A stretch of DNA of 64,000 bases from Octopus sinensis. Taxonomy: Eukaryota. The position numbers and the translations under genes are program-made. Below are positions 1 to 13,007 of the stretch, piece by piece; the first letter of the stretch is position 1; each line of letters starts with the position of its first letter. The DNA is taken from positions 53,940,001 to 54,004,000 of the forward strand of contig NC_043002.1 of assembly GCF_006345805.1 (NCBI RefSeq), given 5' to 3'. Below the pieces are notes generated by a model. The model searched no databases and had not been told where the DNA came from. It was given only the letters and a program-made list of their open reading frames with translations.

Positions 1-665
1 ACACTGATTTTTCTTTACATCCATATAATGAATATTTTCACAATTCAATGAAGAAAATTCCTTGATCAACTTGTTAGAAATTGAAACAAAAAAAATCCCT
101 AAATTCTTTTCCGAAAAAGATCGAAACAGAAAAAACATGGTCCTTTTCTTATTGTACTCTCTCTTGGGAAAAGAACAGGATAGTCACTTTTGAAAAATGT
201 TTAACCATAGCTTTGGTTAAACAGAACAGACTTGCAAGTATTTGAAATGGCTCGCAGAAATTTGAATTCAAAGGATAAGTTAGAATATGGTAATGAGAAG
301 ACGTGTTGGCTCTTCTCTACAAAGCCAAGTCTTCTTTGATGTCAAATGCTCCTGACTCTCTGTGATTAAATCGATAATCTGTATAGACTTTTGAAATGAG
401 TATGAGGATCATGTCTTTGACCAAATTTCTATAGTAGTCGGAGCAATGAATTTAATTTTCTCCGATTAACTCCACTTAACTGTAAATTAGTTACAGATAG
501 AACAGATTAAGTAATTAAATATCACAAACCAGTGTTTTATTAATTTATAATTCTGAGACCTAAGGATCACTCTGACAAGAATATTCGCCTCCAAATAATT
601 TTGTCTTCAACAGATAATTGAAAATACAAAATATTTGAGCGTTTCCCGTTTACGCTGATTTTTAA

Positions 666-1700
666 CCCGATACCACTGATATAAGATTAAAAATCAACTT
701 ATTATTCCACTTTTACATAATCTCTGAAGTTGCTGACAGTGACATTAAGCCAAAATTTGAAACCAGTGTTAAAATATGTTGCTAAAACGGTCGTGTGTTA
801 CAATTTAATACGTGTGTTCAAAGTGTTGTAATCTAATAAACAATGATTTATGAAGTTTTAATTGCATATAGTACACTACAATTTGGTCAATGAGAAAATA
901 CGTATCCAGTCCATCTATCTTCGAAATAGAACTAGTAAATATCCCTCAAATCCAATATAACCGTCTTACAAATAGGAAGAATAAACTGAAAAGTGTAGAC
1001 TTTGTTACTGAAAAAAATGGAATTGTCAAAAGGGAAAACATCACTGGTCAAATATTCGCTTGATCAAGATTGATCTGAGACAAAACAATAATAGCAAATG
1101 CATGTTTGTGGAATCCTTATGATTTATTAGATTACAACACTTTGAACACACGTATTAAATCGCAATACACGAACGTTTTAGCAACATATTTTAACACTGG
1201 TTTCAAATTTTGGCTTAGTGTCACTGTCAGCAACTTCGGAGAAGTGGCTTAGTCGATTACATCGACCCCAATGCTAAACTGGCAAATATATTTTGATATT
1301 ACAAAAATACAAAGCGTCTAACCGGTAGAATCGTTAGCACACCAGGCAACGTGCTTTGCGGCATGTCACCCAGTTTTAAGTTCTGAGTTAAAATTCTGCC
1401 ATGGTCGACTTTGCAATCATTCTTTCGAGGTCGATAAAATTTGAAACCAATATTGCAAGAAGAAAAAATAGACCTAATATACGATGTTAAAGGATGATGG
1501 GCATGCCGTACAAGTATTTTACACTGTACTGCACTATACTGCCGAGAATTAATCGATTAATTGATTTTCCCTATCACTATTTATTTCGAGCTATAATATT
1601 GACTAGTGAACAATTACCTATTCATGTGGAGTGCCCTTTCTGAGATTATGTAAAAGTGGAATAACAACTTGATTTTTAATCTTATATCAGTGGCATCGGG
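666..1700. mobile_element. piggyBac-type non-autonomous foldback element (MITE) with ~175 bp TIRs; right TIR split by a ~400 bp insertion
   Basis: TTAA|CCCGAT at 662-671 and ATCGGG|TTAA at 1695-1704. Left arm 666-841 is the reverse complement of 1123-1242 plus 1642-1700. TTAA TSD with CCC...GGG ends is the piggyBac signature. Confidence 0.8.
1243..1445 (+). mobile_element. Degenerate SINE fragment(s), family 1, inside the MITE TIR
   Basis: tagaatcgttagcac...ttctgagttaaaattctgcc...gtcgactttgc resembles the better copies at 25521-25939 and 38353-38752. Confidence 0.65.
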
Positions 1701-3334
1701 TTAAACCTATGCGAATTTCCCCTGGGTTTCATTTCAGGCATGTAAATTCTTTGGTCCATGAAACAATTACGAGGTTAAAGAGAAGCAGCACCCATTATCA
1801 TATGAAATTAACTCAATTCTCCCTTTTGTAAGCAGTTTATAGTTATTGTTGTTTAACTTGAAGTCAACCCTATCAAAGTAGACATATGGATGTAAAGCGT
1901 AACAAAGATAATTTCCCCATCCATCTATGGATTATTTAAGACTGGATTATTCGTATTTGTTTTAATTCTCCGAGACGACAACGTCTTGATTTGAGTGAAC
2001 TAGAGTAGTTCATATTTATTTCCTGATGATAGAGGAAGAATAAATTTCTAGTTAATGTCAGTGAATGAGAAATTCGAACTTATGACCTTTTGTCGATACT
2101 GGCCATCCACTTATCCGATTGGTTACTGTCACTTTTAAGCTCAACACCCACGCAACGCAAATATACCAAATTAGATCTTCATCTAATATCATGTTCTGAT
2201 CACGTAAATGTTATAATCCTTTGATCAAAGAATGAAATGCAACCATAAATCTCTAGCTAGAAAATGTCTTAACGATTGTCTAGGTGACGTGAAGAAGATA
2301 GATGCGTGCCAGACAATAAGACAGAAAGTATCTCGTTTTTCAATTGATATTAGTTTTATTATTAGAGATTGGTACACTAATGGTTTCGTCTATGGATTTG
2401 ATTGTGTTTTGTTTTCGCAGTATCCATTCCGAACGGGCCTTGAATGATTAAACGAAGAAAGCAATAGAGAAGTAAATAATTAAATAAAAACATAAATGAA
2501 ATATTTTGATAGTGGCTGCGTTAGTTTGTTGGATGTGATGTTACTTCGTAATAGAGTTTAAAAGTTTCAAGATGAGGTCTTATACCAATTACTCTATAAG
2601 AACTCATGGGGTTGTTCGTATCGTGTATTATTATCGACCAGACTATCGGATATACTTATAAATTACTGGTCATTATGTGCTTCCATTCTTCCTTTGATTG
2701 TGTCCGTGTCTTTCATTTAGGCGTCGAATTGTTTGATTCTCTCCTCTTCCCATTGACTTGGTGGCCTCCTCCGATTTCTTGGATATTATCAATAACTGTA
2801 CGTATCCACCTGCTGTCTATCAGTTTTGCGCTATATCCGGCCCAGGAGAAATTGATCTTTCAGTATTGTACGATTACATTATTCACTCCACTCCATTCTC
2901 GAATTATCTCGGTTTTGGATATACTCCTACAATGACATTCCTAGAAGACAGCATCAAAATACACAGCATAAAAACAACATACATGCAGTCGTCTGAAAGT
3001 GTAGCACATGGCCAAGTAGCAGTGAGAAGCGATGCAATTTCAGAAGTAAATGTGTTGGGACAGAAAAATGTATAAGCGCTGAAATCTCGCACTGAACAAA
3101 GGCAGGGTCGAAGACGTTTGAATCGATTAAGAATGTGTGCACCGCAGAGTTCTACAAGACCCCGCAATCTCTTCAATAGCACCACCATATCTGCACTCCT
3201 ATGCGCAAGTGAGAGGTGAGCTACTACAAAGAAAGGTAGACCAGCGAATATATATATATTGGTGTCTGTGTGTGTGCGTTTGTATATCTATATGTATGTA
3301 TGCACGTATGTTTCTATGTATGTATGTATGTATG

Positions 3335-3407
<73 letters not shown>

Positions 3408-3411
3408 ATAT

Positions 3412-3570
3412 ATTTATATATAGAGGGCATTATACATACATGCCAAACGCTAAGAGGGACAATCAGTCATTTCTACCAAATGGTAGAAATGACTGATTGT
3501 CCCTCTTAGCGTTTGGCATGTATGTATAATGCATTCTGGCATGTATGTATAATGCCCTCTATATATAAAT
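3412..3570. repeat. Near-perfect palindrome beside a (TA)n tract
   Basis: Arm 3412-3478 is the reverse complement of the sequence from 3481 with a 2-nt loop (aa). The right arm has an internal ~20 bp duplication (tggcatgtatgtataatgc). Confidence 0.9.
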
Positions 3571-4095
3571 TAATATGTTCAATAAGAAATAATTATTTTC
3601 GAAATTTTTTCTCTTATGAGGTTTTTACGCTATCTACCTGACAATTTCTTGTTAAGTTTTCCTTATTAAGTAGTTGTCCTTAATTGCTAAATATATATAT
3701 ATATATATATATAATATTAGGGAGTAAATCCAAACTTACAGGGAAAAATCAGATTTAGGATTAAATCTAATTTTATAGTATAAATATATATTATATTAAA
3801 TTAGAGATAAAACCACTATTAGGCAAATCAAACAGTGAAAATCATAAGCCAATACATAGAAATAAAATTAATTAAAAAAATATAGAATATAAATATAAAT
3901 ATTAAATTAAAGTTAAAATTTAAAAAATTATTTAAATAATTTAAACTTATAAGTTTAAAAAAAAATATATATATATATTTATTATTATTATTATTATTTT
4001 ATTTTATTTTATTTATTTATTTTTATGTATCTTTTTTTGTAAATTATATAACTATCAAAAAGTATTAAAAGTTTAATATAAGATAAAGAGTAAAA

Positions 4096-4175
4096 ACACT
4101 ACGATCGTTTCATGCCCGTAACCAATTCGAATAACAATAATAATTTGAATTATGGTTACAGTCAATCTTCAGGTT
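4096..4175 (-). ncRNA. Minimal type I hammerhead ribozyme-like motif in PLE pseudo-LTR
   Basis: Minus strand: AAC CUGAAGA ... stem UGUAACC/GGUUACG ... GAAAC GAUC GUA GUG. Stem III has a palindromic GAUC tetraloop and a GUA cleavage triplet. The base of stem II is non-canonical. Confidence 0.55.
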
Positions 4176-5188
4176 AATTGTAATATTTTAATAAGTAATC
4201 AGAAGTAAGTACATCACAAAACCCCGCTAAGCTAAGTATATATTTATATTTAAGATCTTTAAATTTTAATATTTTATAATTCTTATGGTGTAATAATATT
4301 GTTTTTTATGTAAATATCGTTGTTTATGTAATGATCTAATTATCGTAATTTTCTATATAATTATTAGATATTAACTTTAAATTTATTCGTAAGAATTTGC
4401 TTAGCGATAGATATGTTGTTTGATAGCAAGTATACGAGTTGTTAAAGTTAGTTTTATGTATATACATGTACAAATAGCATTAATTGTAGTTTTAAATTTC
4501 TTATAATTATTATTTTAACTTATCTATTATCTTTTTAAATTGATACTTGCTAGATTTATTATTCCCATTGATAAATATATTTATAGTATTATATATTTAT
4601 AGTATTTTATTGGATACTATATAACTACGAATTGATTATTTCTTTAAGTATTTTAAATAAGAGATTTCTGAAAGTTATTATTTAGCCAACGAGATATAAA
4701 GATAGTTAATTTGCTATTGCGTTCGTTTAAGATTGTTTGTTTGCATTTTTTTAATTAGCTAATTCATCGTTAAATATGAAAAATTAATTTATTAGGTATT
4801 TATTACATGGGCATATATATTTATTTATAGAGATTATTTTAGATCTTTATTATAATATTTATATACATATATATATTTTCATTGATAATTTATATATTAT
4901 TTAAATTTTATATTTTTAATAATATAATAGTTTTTTTGTAAAATATTTATGTAATTAGATATTTACTATAACTGCTATTAGATTATTGGTGGGTTTCTTA
5001 CCTTAAAAATTAATACTTAAAACTTAAAAATTAAAATTAATATTTAACATTATAATTGATGTTTTGATATAATCATAATCGTTAAGTTTCTAGTTTGATA
5101 ATAGAGTTTTTTATAAGTAAAATTATATTATTTATTTCTTAAAAATATTGTTTAAATATTTCTGATTACTTATTAAGATATTACAATT

Positions 5189-5270
5189 AACCTGAAGATT
5201 GTAACCATAATTCAAATTATTATTGTTATTCGAATTGGTTACATTACGGGCATGAAACGATCGTAGTGTT
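5189..5270 (+). ncRNA. Hammerhead ribozyme-like motif in the inverted PLE pseudo-LTR
   Basis: aacCTGAAGAttgtaacc...ggttacattacgggcatGAAACGATCGTAgtg, mirror copy of 4096-4175. Confidence 0.5.
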
Positions 5271-5560
5271 TTTACTATTTATCTTATATTAAACTTTTAA
5301 TACTTTTTGATAGTTATATAATTTACAAAAAAAAAAAATAAAATAAAATAAAATAATAATAATAATAATAATAATAAAATACATATATATATTTAAAACT
5401 TATAAGTTTAAATTATTTAAATATTTTTTTAAATTTTAACTTCAATTTAATATTTATATTTTATATTTATATTTTTTTAATTAATTTTATTTCTATGTAT
5501 TGGCTTATGATTTTCACTGTTTGATTTGCCTAATAGTGGTTTTATCTCTAATTTAATATA

Positions 5561-5628
<68 letters not shown>

Positions 5629-5667
5629 TTTGTGTACATACATATATACACACACATACATACTTTC

Positions 5668-5699
<32 letters not shown>

Positions 5700-7001
5700 C
5701 AATAAAATCTGCCGCAAAAGCCATTTTCCAAATGTTCCTGTCATCTCTAGCACGTCATAATCCGGTGGTATTTATCTAAAATATAAATAATATAAGCCAT
5801 GTGAATTAGTAGATGTCGTACAAGCAATGCATCGAATACCTTGAAATATTTGCTTGCGACCATTTATATTCTGATATCGTGTAATTCCGAAGTCGACATT
5901 ATCCCGTAACCTTCCTGAGGCCGATAATATAAGGCCGATAATATAAGTATCAGTCAAATATTTTGTCTTGATATAAACAACCATAGCCTTCTCCCAACAA
6001 ACTATCAAAATATATGATATTATGCGTATGTTAGGGCTCGTATTATTTATACACATAAGACAGTTCGCATAGGAGATTAGCTGATTTGACGCGAAGAGCG
6101 AAATAAGCTAATGTTGTGACTCTTTCGAGAAAGAGAGTATAGTAATACACAACTTGATAGCACTGTAGGGCTGTCAGTGAAAACTCATTTAAAGTATATT
6201 CATTTGTAATTCAGTTCGCACTTTTGTGAATAAACTTCAGGCAATTGTAAATAATATATATGCCTACCTTTATGGTATTATAAAATCCATGCATTAGAGA
6301 AGCTTCTACCGAAAAAGCAGATGATCAATTATCTTGAAATCTCCTAAGTGATAATTGCAGCCCTGAGAGAGAACTTCTAAGTATCCAGTCGATTTGCTAG
6401 AAATATCAAGCAGTTACCCCCATCTCACACACTGCCATCCTGAAAAGAGAAGGACAGTTCACACATTGTAGTTCTACATATACAAAATTTGGATGATTAC
6501 AAGTGGAAAGTTTTTCATCATATGTTTGTTCCAAAAGGGCCGACATGAGGCAAATATTGAAACAAATGAGATAGCTGTGTAACCCAGATCAGCTCTGAAT
6601 GATGAGACTAATGATTAAATGAGTTCCACCCATCATCATTCTTTTCGTTTTGTGTACGTTCTGTGTTGTCCAATACGTATTTCATTATTGAAAATGACAG
6701 AAACTTTTAAATGCCATTATGCTAGTGTCTCTTATGTCAGGACAACCACGACAAACTAGTCACCCTGGAGATGATTGAAGACTTTGAAATGAAAAGAAGT
6801 TGTGCACCCTTACTCACCCGTTCGTGACTATCTTTAATACGGTGGCAAGACGTCTTTACGCAATCCAAGAAACTGGAGATAGAGATGGATGCAGTGGATG
6901 ACTAAGATCACTTGCTTGCTTCATTTGCTGTCTAACTGATCAAACATTTGCGTAAATAACTCCGTCGTTCGTTTTAATTAGATCTTCAGAAGATTTTATC
7001 T

Positions 7002-8110
7002 TACGAGGGTCGGCTGAAAACTTCATAGGCTAACGAAGATATTTGCTTGGAATATGACCAAAAGAGGTTTATTCCTCCTTGCGGTCCACACACTTCTTTC
7101 ATCGGTGTTACAGTGCTTGGATCTCATTTGTGAAGAAGTTTTCATCAACAGTGGATATGACGTCATCAAGTGTATCTTCATGTTGGGGAATAGTTGATAG
7201 CCAGGTGGGACCAAATCAGGTGATAAACCAGCTCAAAGCCACAATCACGCATAGTAGAGATTGAAAACAAGGACTTCGTGATGGAGTATTGTCCCCTTCC
7301 GTTAAGTTTTCCTGATAGCCTTTCATAACTGCCTCAGCAAGTTGGCATAGTACTCTCCATTGATGTCGGGGCCCCTTTGAAAAGAGTCAATAAAAACAAT
7401 TGCATCCCTCAAAGATTGATTCCAGCACCGTCCCTACCGATGAAACGACATTGGCTTTCTTTAGACCTTAGAACAGATGAGGAGGGGTATTTCTACTGCA
7501 TAAATTGTCTATTTATCTCTAACTCAAAATGATGAAGACAACAGTCATCCTGAATTAGGAATCGTTCAAAAGAAACCAGCAGGGTCTTTCTCAAGCAATG
7601 TCAAATTTTCCCGTGATGTGATAAGCCTGATGCATTTTTGATCTGGTGTCAGAAGACGTGACGGTCACCAGTCAGAAAAATTCGTCATACCAAGCTCATT
7701 GTGTAGAATATTGTCAATACTCTCAAGGGATATACTAATAGTATTGACAATTTGACCTATAATCAATCCCCTGTCATGCATCACCCTGTGGTGAACACGA
7801 TCAATGATGGCTGTTGCAGGACGTCCGGTCTTGGATCATCTTCAAGGCTCTTTCTTCCCCTTCGAAATTCAGCTACCCGCTTTTGCCCTGTTGATACATT
7901 TGGAGCGTCTTCCTCTAATGCAACAAGCATGTAAGCATGAATATCATTGGGAGCTAAACCTTTTTTTCTGCAGGCGCGAGGCCAAGTTTTGTCCATTTTC
8001 AATAGAAGTCGTTACTAGATTTATTTAAACTTTTCTTTCAACTGCCAGATGTCAATTTACATGGAAAGAAACAATGTAGTTATTAATTAATAAGAAGATT
8101 TGAAACTAAC
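7002..8110 (-). mobile_element. Mariner (DD34D) transposon relic, transposase pseudogene
   Basis: TA + CGAGGGTCGGCTGAAAA TIR at 7002. ORF 7781-8002 (MDKTWPRA..KKGLAPNDIH..AEFRRGRKSLEDDPR) is a mariner N-terminal HTH region. The C-terminal PGYQLFPNMK...IQAL..R.KKCVDRKG lies near 7070-7210. Many stops and frameshifts; second TIR not found. Confidence 0.9.
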
Positions 8111-8589
8111 TAATGGATGCAAAATTTCACGACTCTCGCATTATTTCTTCATATTCAGCTTATGATCTTTTTAGTCCAATCTTGTAGTATTCAAATTAAG
8201 CCTTTGATATTTCTGTGAAGTATTCATGCTCACGGTTGAAATGTTTAGGTATATTTCTGATCAATAAGGGCTGGATTGAAGGCCACTTTTTAGTAAAGTT
8301 CTTTTAAGTAAAAGTCTCTCTAAACTGAACAGACCAATGAACAAATATATTCTAGCCGTGACCAGACTGCTTTTTGTATATTAGCCACTCTGTAATCCAA
8401 CGTGTATCTTTTTATTTACAATAATTTTAGCTGCTATGTATAACTGATCGAATGGATACGTTAATAAGTCCCTTGTTAGTTTCAATTATAGCCTAAGAAA
8501 ATCTCGTCCTAACATTTAAATTAATCCGTTGATATTTCTGTGTCGAGTATATTATCTGTCTAAAATGTAATCTTATTAGTGCTTCTTTT

Positions 8590-8613
8590 GTTGTTGTAGT
8601 AATAATAGTTGTT

Positions 8614-8664
<51 letters not shown>

Positions 8665-8720
8665 TTGTTGTTGTTGTTGTTGTTGCTGTTGTCATTCTCG
8701 TTGTTGTTTGTTGTTGAGGC
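8590..8720. repeat. (GTA)n/(GTT)n compound microsatellite
   Basis: Direct inspection. Confidence 0.95.
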
Positions 8721-9129
8721 TATTTCTGTTATAATTATCCGTTGATAATTGGTCACTAATAGCGATTTTGACATTTACCTTTCTATTGATATGATCATTT
8801 CTGTTCTTATGAAATATAATTTCTTAAAAGAAACCGAACCTTATATTTCCTAATTGTTTGATTCATTTCATTGGATAATTCTTTTCTTTATTATTCCGTT
8901 CAGTTTGCTGAGTTTGTTTTTCATTCATAATTTTGCTTAGAAAGACCTTTCTCATTATATACAGTGTGCAAAATTATATCATTTCAGTACGACAGCTAAA
9001 ATTAACTAAAATATAATACATATTCTTGTTTTTGTAGGGGGCTCTTGGTAGAGATAGTATCTTTAGTACATAGTACACTGCTCTTTGTAGGATGGATGGG
9101 CATTACTTGCAGTCACTCATCTCTTAATC

Positions 9130-10480
9130 TCTCATGTGCTTGTTCCAAGTATTACACCGCGGTACAACACCTCAGATGGAGGTTCAATGCACACAAGTGA
9201 GGTGTAATACTGAACAGCTAGGCGAGCGGAGGGCTGCGCCAACGATCAACGGTCAAACTGGGGGCGACTCAAGAAAACTAACGGCCAGGTATCCGTGAAT
9301 AAAGGCAGCCACCTCTATATTTCGTGGACCTCAGCTACTAGACAACAGAGACAGCTTCTTTCCTAAATGCAAATGGTTAGACTTCAGGGTAGCTCCTTGT
9401 CTACGAAAAAACCTCAAGCTACGCAAACAGTTCGAAATGCAAAAGCATCTCAGCTACTCAGGACCACAGTTGTCTCCTTCTGGAGACATTATGAAGGGCG
9501 CTGGTAAAAGCCTCCCTGGGGAAGCGAAAGCACTGAAGACCAGAGCTCTATGTACAACAGCTCTTTTGCGCATTTTAACAGCTTACACTAACCTTCGTTT
9601 GAGGATATCATATGAGCGTATGGTATACATGCCAAGGTCATTACATCTATTGAGCAAATCTACGCGAATTCAAAGTGCTGTATAACATCAGAAGTTGGAT
9701 AGTCACTATTTTGGAATCACAACGGGCGTCCGATGGTAATTATTGTTATCGCAGATCTTCTTCGCATACATAACTCCAGATACTGGGCAGCGAAGTCAAC
9801 ATTCCATCAGTAAGTAGGGGCCTTAGCATCCGCGCCAAGGAAACCTCAAACATGTTGACTAGTATAAACATTCCATCGTCAGAAGGAAACAGATGTAGTA
9901 GAGAGATCTTCACCTATCTTAGGACCTTCAGTAGCTGCAAGGGGGCCATGAAAAAAATTACTTGCCGAATAGGAAAGGAATCCGCCACATACAATATATT
10001 TAATAAAATCTGGAAGAGCGTAAACGCTGTCCCTAGCAACAAAATGTGGTTCTACAACATGAATGTGTTTTCCACCCTTATACATGGCACCTGAAAATCA
10101 GCCAAGAAAATAAACTGGACGCTTTGAATAGCAGATGCCTCTCAACATCAAACGAAACGACTCTATCAGCAACAAAGAGATCAAAAGATGAGATGACCAG
10201 TGTCCAGTGTCCAATACCATCTACAAGCACCAACTGGGTTAATTAGGACATGTTCTAAGTCTCTCTTGATGAACAGAGTCGTCAAACAAGTCTTTAAATG
10301 GAGTCCACAGGAGAAATGGAGACGTTTCAAGAGGAAATGGCACCAGACGATCAACAAGGATCTTCAGACGCTAAATCTATGATAGAATGATGCATTGAGG
10401 GCGACTTGCTGATCGATCCTGCTGGACTACTTTGATTATTTTATGCGTTGCAAACGCGAGAGTACCTAAGTCTAAGTCGA
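9130..10480 (+). mobile_element. RTE-clade LINE relic, apparently internally deleted
   Basis: Degenerate RT motifs GITTGVR (~9715), FTYL..KKITCRIGK.SAT.N..NKIWKS (ORF 9852), ENKLDA..SRCL and RVVKQVFKWSPQ.K.R..WHQTINKDL (ORF 10200). The 3' end is a short tandem repeat, ctaagtctaagtc. Confidence 0.8.
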
Positions 10481-10534
10481 ACGTCTATGACGAAACAGAT
10501 CTACGATAAATAGAAATATTACAAGCGGGACCAG

Positions 10535-10622
10535 CTACTTTTATTATTATTATTATATTATTATTATTATTATTATATTATTATTATTATTATTATTATA
10601 TTATTATTATTATTATTATTAT
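10535..10622. repeat. (TTA)n microsatellite
   Basis: Direct inspection. Confidence 0.95.
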
Positions 10623-12133
10623 CTGTTCTAATGTGTCTATGATCATAGTATCTTTGGTATCTTTCAATTTTTAAAACATACGAGACGTTTGGCTTGAGAG
10701 ATGTTTGACTATTCTTTTTAGCAGATAGAGTCTCCTCGTAAAACTTCCACGTTCTTCTGCAAAATAATTTTTTCTTATCATTTATTTTCGCAACTAGATA
10801 TTGGTGAAAGACAAAGATGACCTAAATGAGATTTGAACAGTAAATATTGAACCAAAGAATAAAACAAAACTACCAGATAAAGACATTTTCCTTTATTTTA
10901 GTTATTTCCTCAGTATTTTATGTTTAAATGTCACTTGTGTTGACTTTGTCAAACCTTCGTAGCTGTCTAAATAATTATGAAAATGACATAACAAAAAATT
11001 ATTCATTACTCTTAACATCGAACTCAGAAATATTATGTGGTTTGCCGAAAGATGACATTTAACGCATGTCACCAATAAATTCTATAACGAGGTAATAATA
11101 GCATGTCGCTCGACTTGTAAGAAAAGTAGACAAATGTATTTTACATCACATGTTATAAACACATTGCCTGGTGTAATTTTAGATGCTCTATTGTGGTTCA
11201 TAGTTTTATCTAATGAAAGATGGCCAGATTCTACACAGCAACCATATTCTTTCTATACATTGCAACTAATTGCTGAAAATAGTAATGTAAACTTAGTAGT
11301 TTCTATTTTAAACCATTAGTGAAGATGTATAGAATATTGTTGTTGTGTAACCGTAAACCATGTTTTATACATTGATGACTTGTAGGCACACGGTATTTCG
11401 CTATGCAACCATAATATGCTACAAAGTATGTTAAAAGTTTTTGTAAGTCAATACAATCTACTGCTGCGTTAGCAGTGCACCTAAATCACGTGTTAGAGTA
11501 ACCTTCAATCATCTTTTATACGCTAAACGCGCGAGGAAATGTACCATAACCATTACAATCCCATAAGTTATTTATACCCAGTGTATCTGTATCTTTATTA
11601 TCCAATGTGTCCACGTACTTTTTGAAGATAGATAAAGTGACATATGACTATGTCGCTATTTAAAGATTTGTTTAGCAAATTGAACGACTCTAAATTTCCA
11701 AACACACAACCTGTATGCTAAAATGTATAAGGTTAGTAATACATTATAGTGTACAGATTATACGTGTGAACTGGCACATATGATTGCAAGAAGCTAAAAC
11801 AAGTGGTTGAGAAGTTCATTTTGAAATCATAAAGCCTACCTCACTTCGTTCGATCGCATTTCTTGGCATCTTGAGTAACCGTTCCTGCTCGAGCTTCGAG
11901 CTGACAAATTTCTTGGGAATAAAACGGGATACACACAAACGAGTCTCAACTTCTCCGACAGTGTCATGCCAGTTAAAATTGTGTATTACGTTAAAAAGTA
12001 GAATTGTCTATGAAATACTAAACCACACACGTTATGATGAATCGATGGAACAATACTGGAATACAGATTGAATGCAATGTAACCTGGATAAATTGAATAC
12101 ATCTCTATGAACAACCGATACATTTATGAGTTA

Positions 12134-12338
12134 TACGATTAGCTGCGGAAAAGTTCCCGACTTTGGTTAAAAGTAAATACAGGGAATGAGTTAATTATGA
12201 TTTTCTCTCAAATTCACACACATATTGCAGCGATACTTCAGTTTTCCTAAGCCCTCTATAAGAACTTGGAAGATTGAGCCTCCAATGAGGCCTTTCGTGA
12301 CACTCTTAAAGCCAGGAACTTTTCAACACCCCATGGTA
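12134..12338. mobile_element. Mariner-type MITE, degenerate
   Basis: Imperfect TIRs tacga...gaaaagttcccgacttt / aaagccaggaacttttcaacacc with TA at both ends; TIR resembles the one at 7002. Confidence 0.6.
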
Positions 12339-12871
12339 TTTAGTAATAGCTGGAATGTGTGGATCATTTAAAACTTAAAATGTGTGCCTTCCTATCGTCA
12401 ACCCAGCGCCAAATTTGTTTAATTACCTGTAAATGTCATCAATACTAAAATTAACGAATTAATATTGGAGAAACGTAGTATAAAAGACATCAGGACGCAG
12501 CTTCGTAAATAGAGTTAAATGTTAATGGCATGCCTGTTGTAGCCAAGGTTATACGACTAAGATAAGGAATATTGTCGTCTAATAGCATACAAATAATAGC
12601 AAATCAGATATTTAGTACATAATCTAATATCACTTAATTCTTACCTAGGTCATCGGCTACAGTCCAACATTCAGCTCAGAGATATATAATGCAACAGAAG
12701 TTTTATATCATTACGTAAGAGTTCTGCTTCGTTAGTATTTCGTATAATTTTAAACTTTGAAACACGAACAAGCAAATAAATATTAACATCACGCTGTGAC
12801 ACAGAAAAAAACATTGAAAGGGTCTTTAAGCAATAATTTACAGTTTAAACCTAATCAATGGATATATATAT

Positions 12872-12913
<42 letters not shown>

Positions 12914-13007
12914 GTGTGAGTGTGTATGTGTGTGCATCTATGTCTATGTATCTGTGTACGTGGAGTAGTTGGTAATATATGGAGTGTAGATAGAGACAGA
13001 TATGATA

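Larger units (their letters stand above)
3712..5560 (-). mobile_element. 5'-truncated Penelope-like element with inverted pseudo-LTRs and decayed RT-thumb/GIY-YIG region
   Basis: Inverted repeat ~3790-4205 vs ~5158-5560, both ends in (TA)n. Minus-strand remnants KKPTN (4985-4999), FNDELAN (4754-4774) and ICTCIYIKLTLTTRILAIKQHI (4410-4475) resemble the PLE RT end, thumb and GIY-YIG C.C..YIG.T..L..RI.QH. Each arm has a hammerhead-like motif. Confidence 0.7.

Noticed and set aside
2606-3188. Overlapping ~100 aa ORFs
   Set aside because: No domain recognised; ORFs on both strands with no splice support
4205-5158. Mitochondrial insertion (NUMT) or control-region-like AT-rich DNA
   Set aside because: No recognisable mitochondrial gene, rRNA or tRNA; PLE-like motifs in order and flanking inverted pLTRs explain it better
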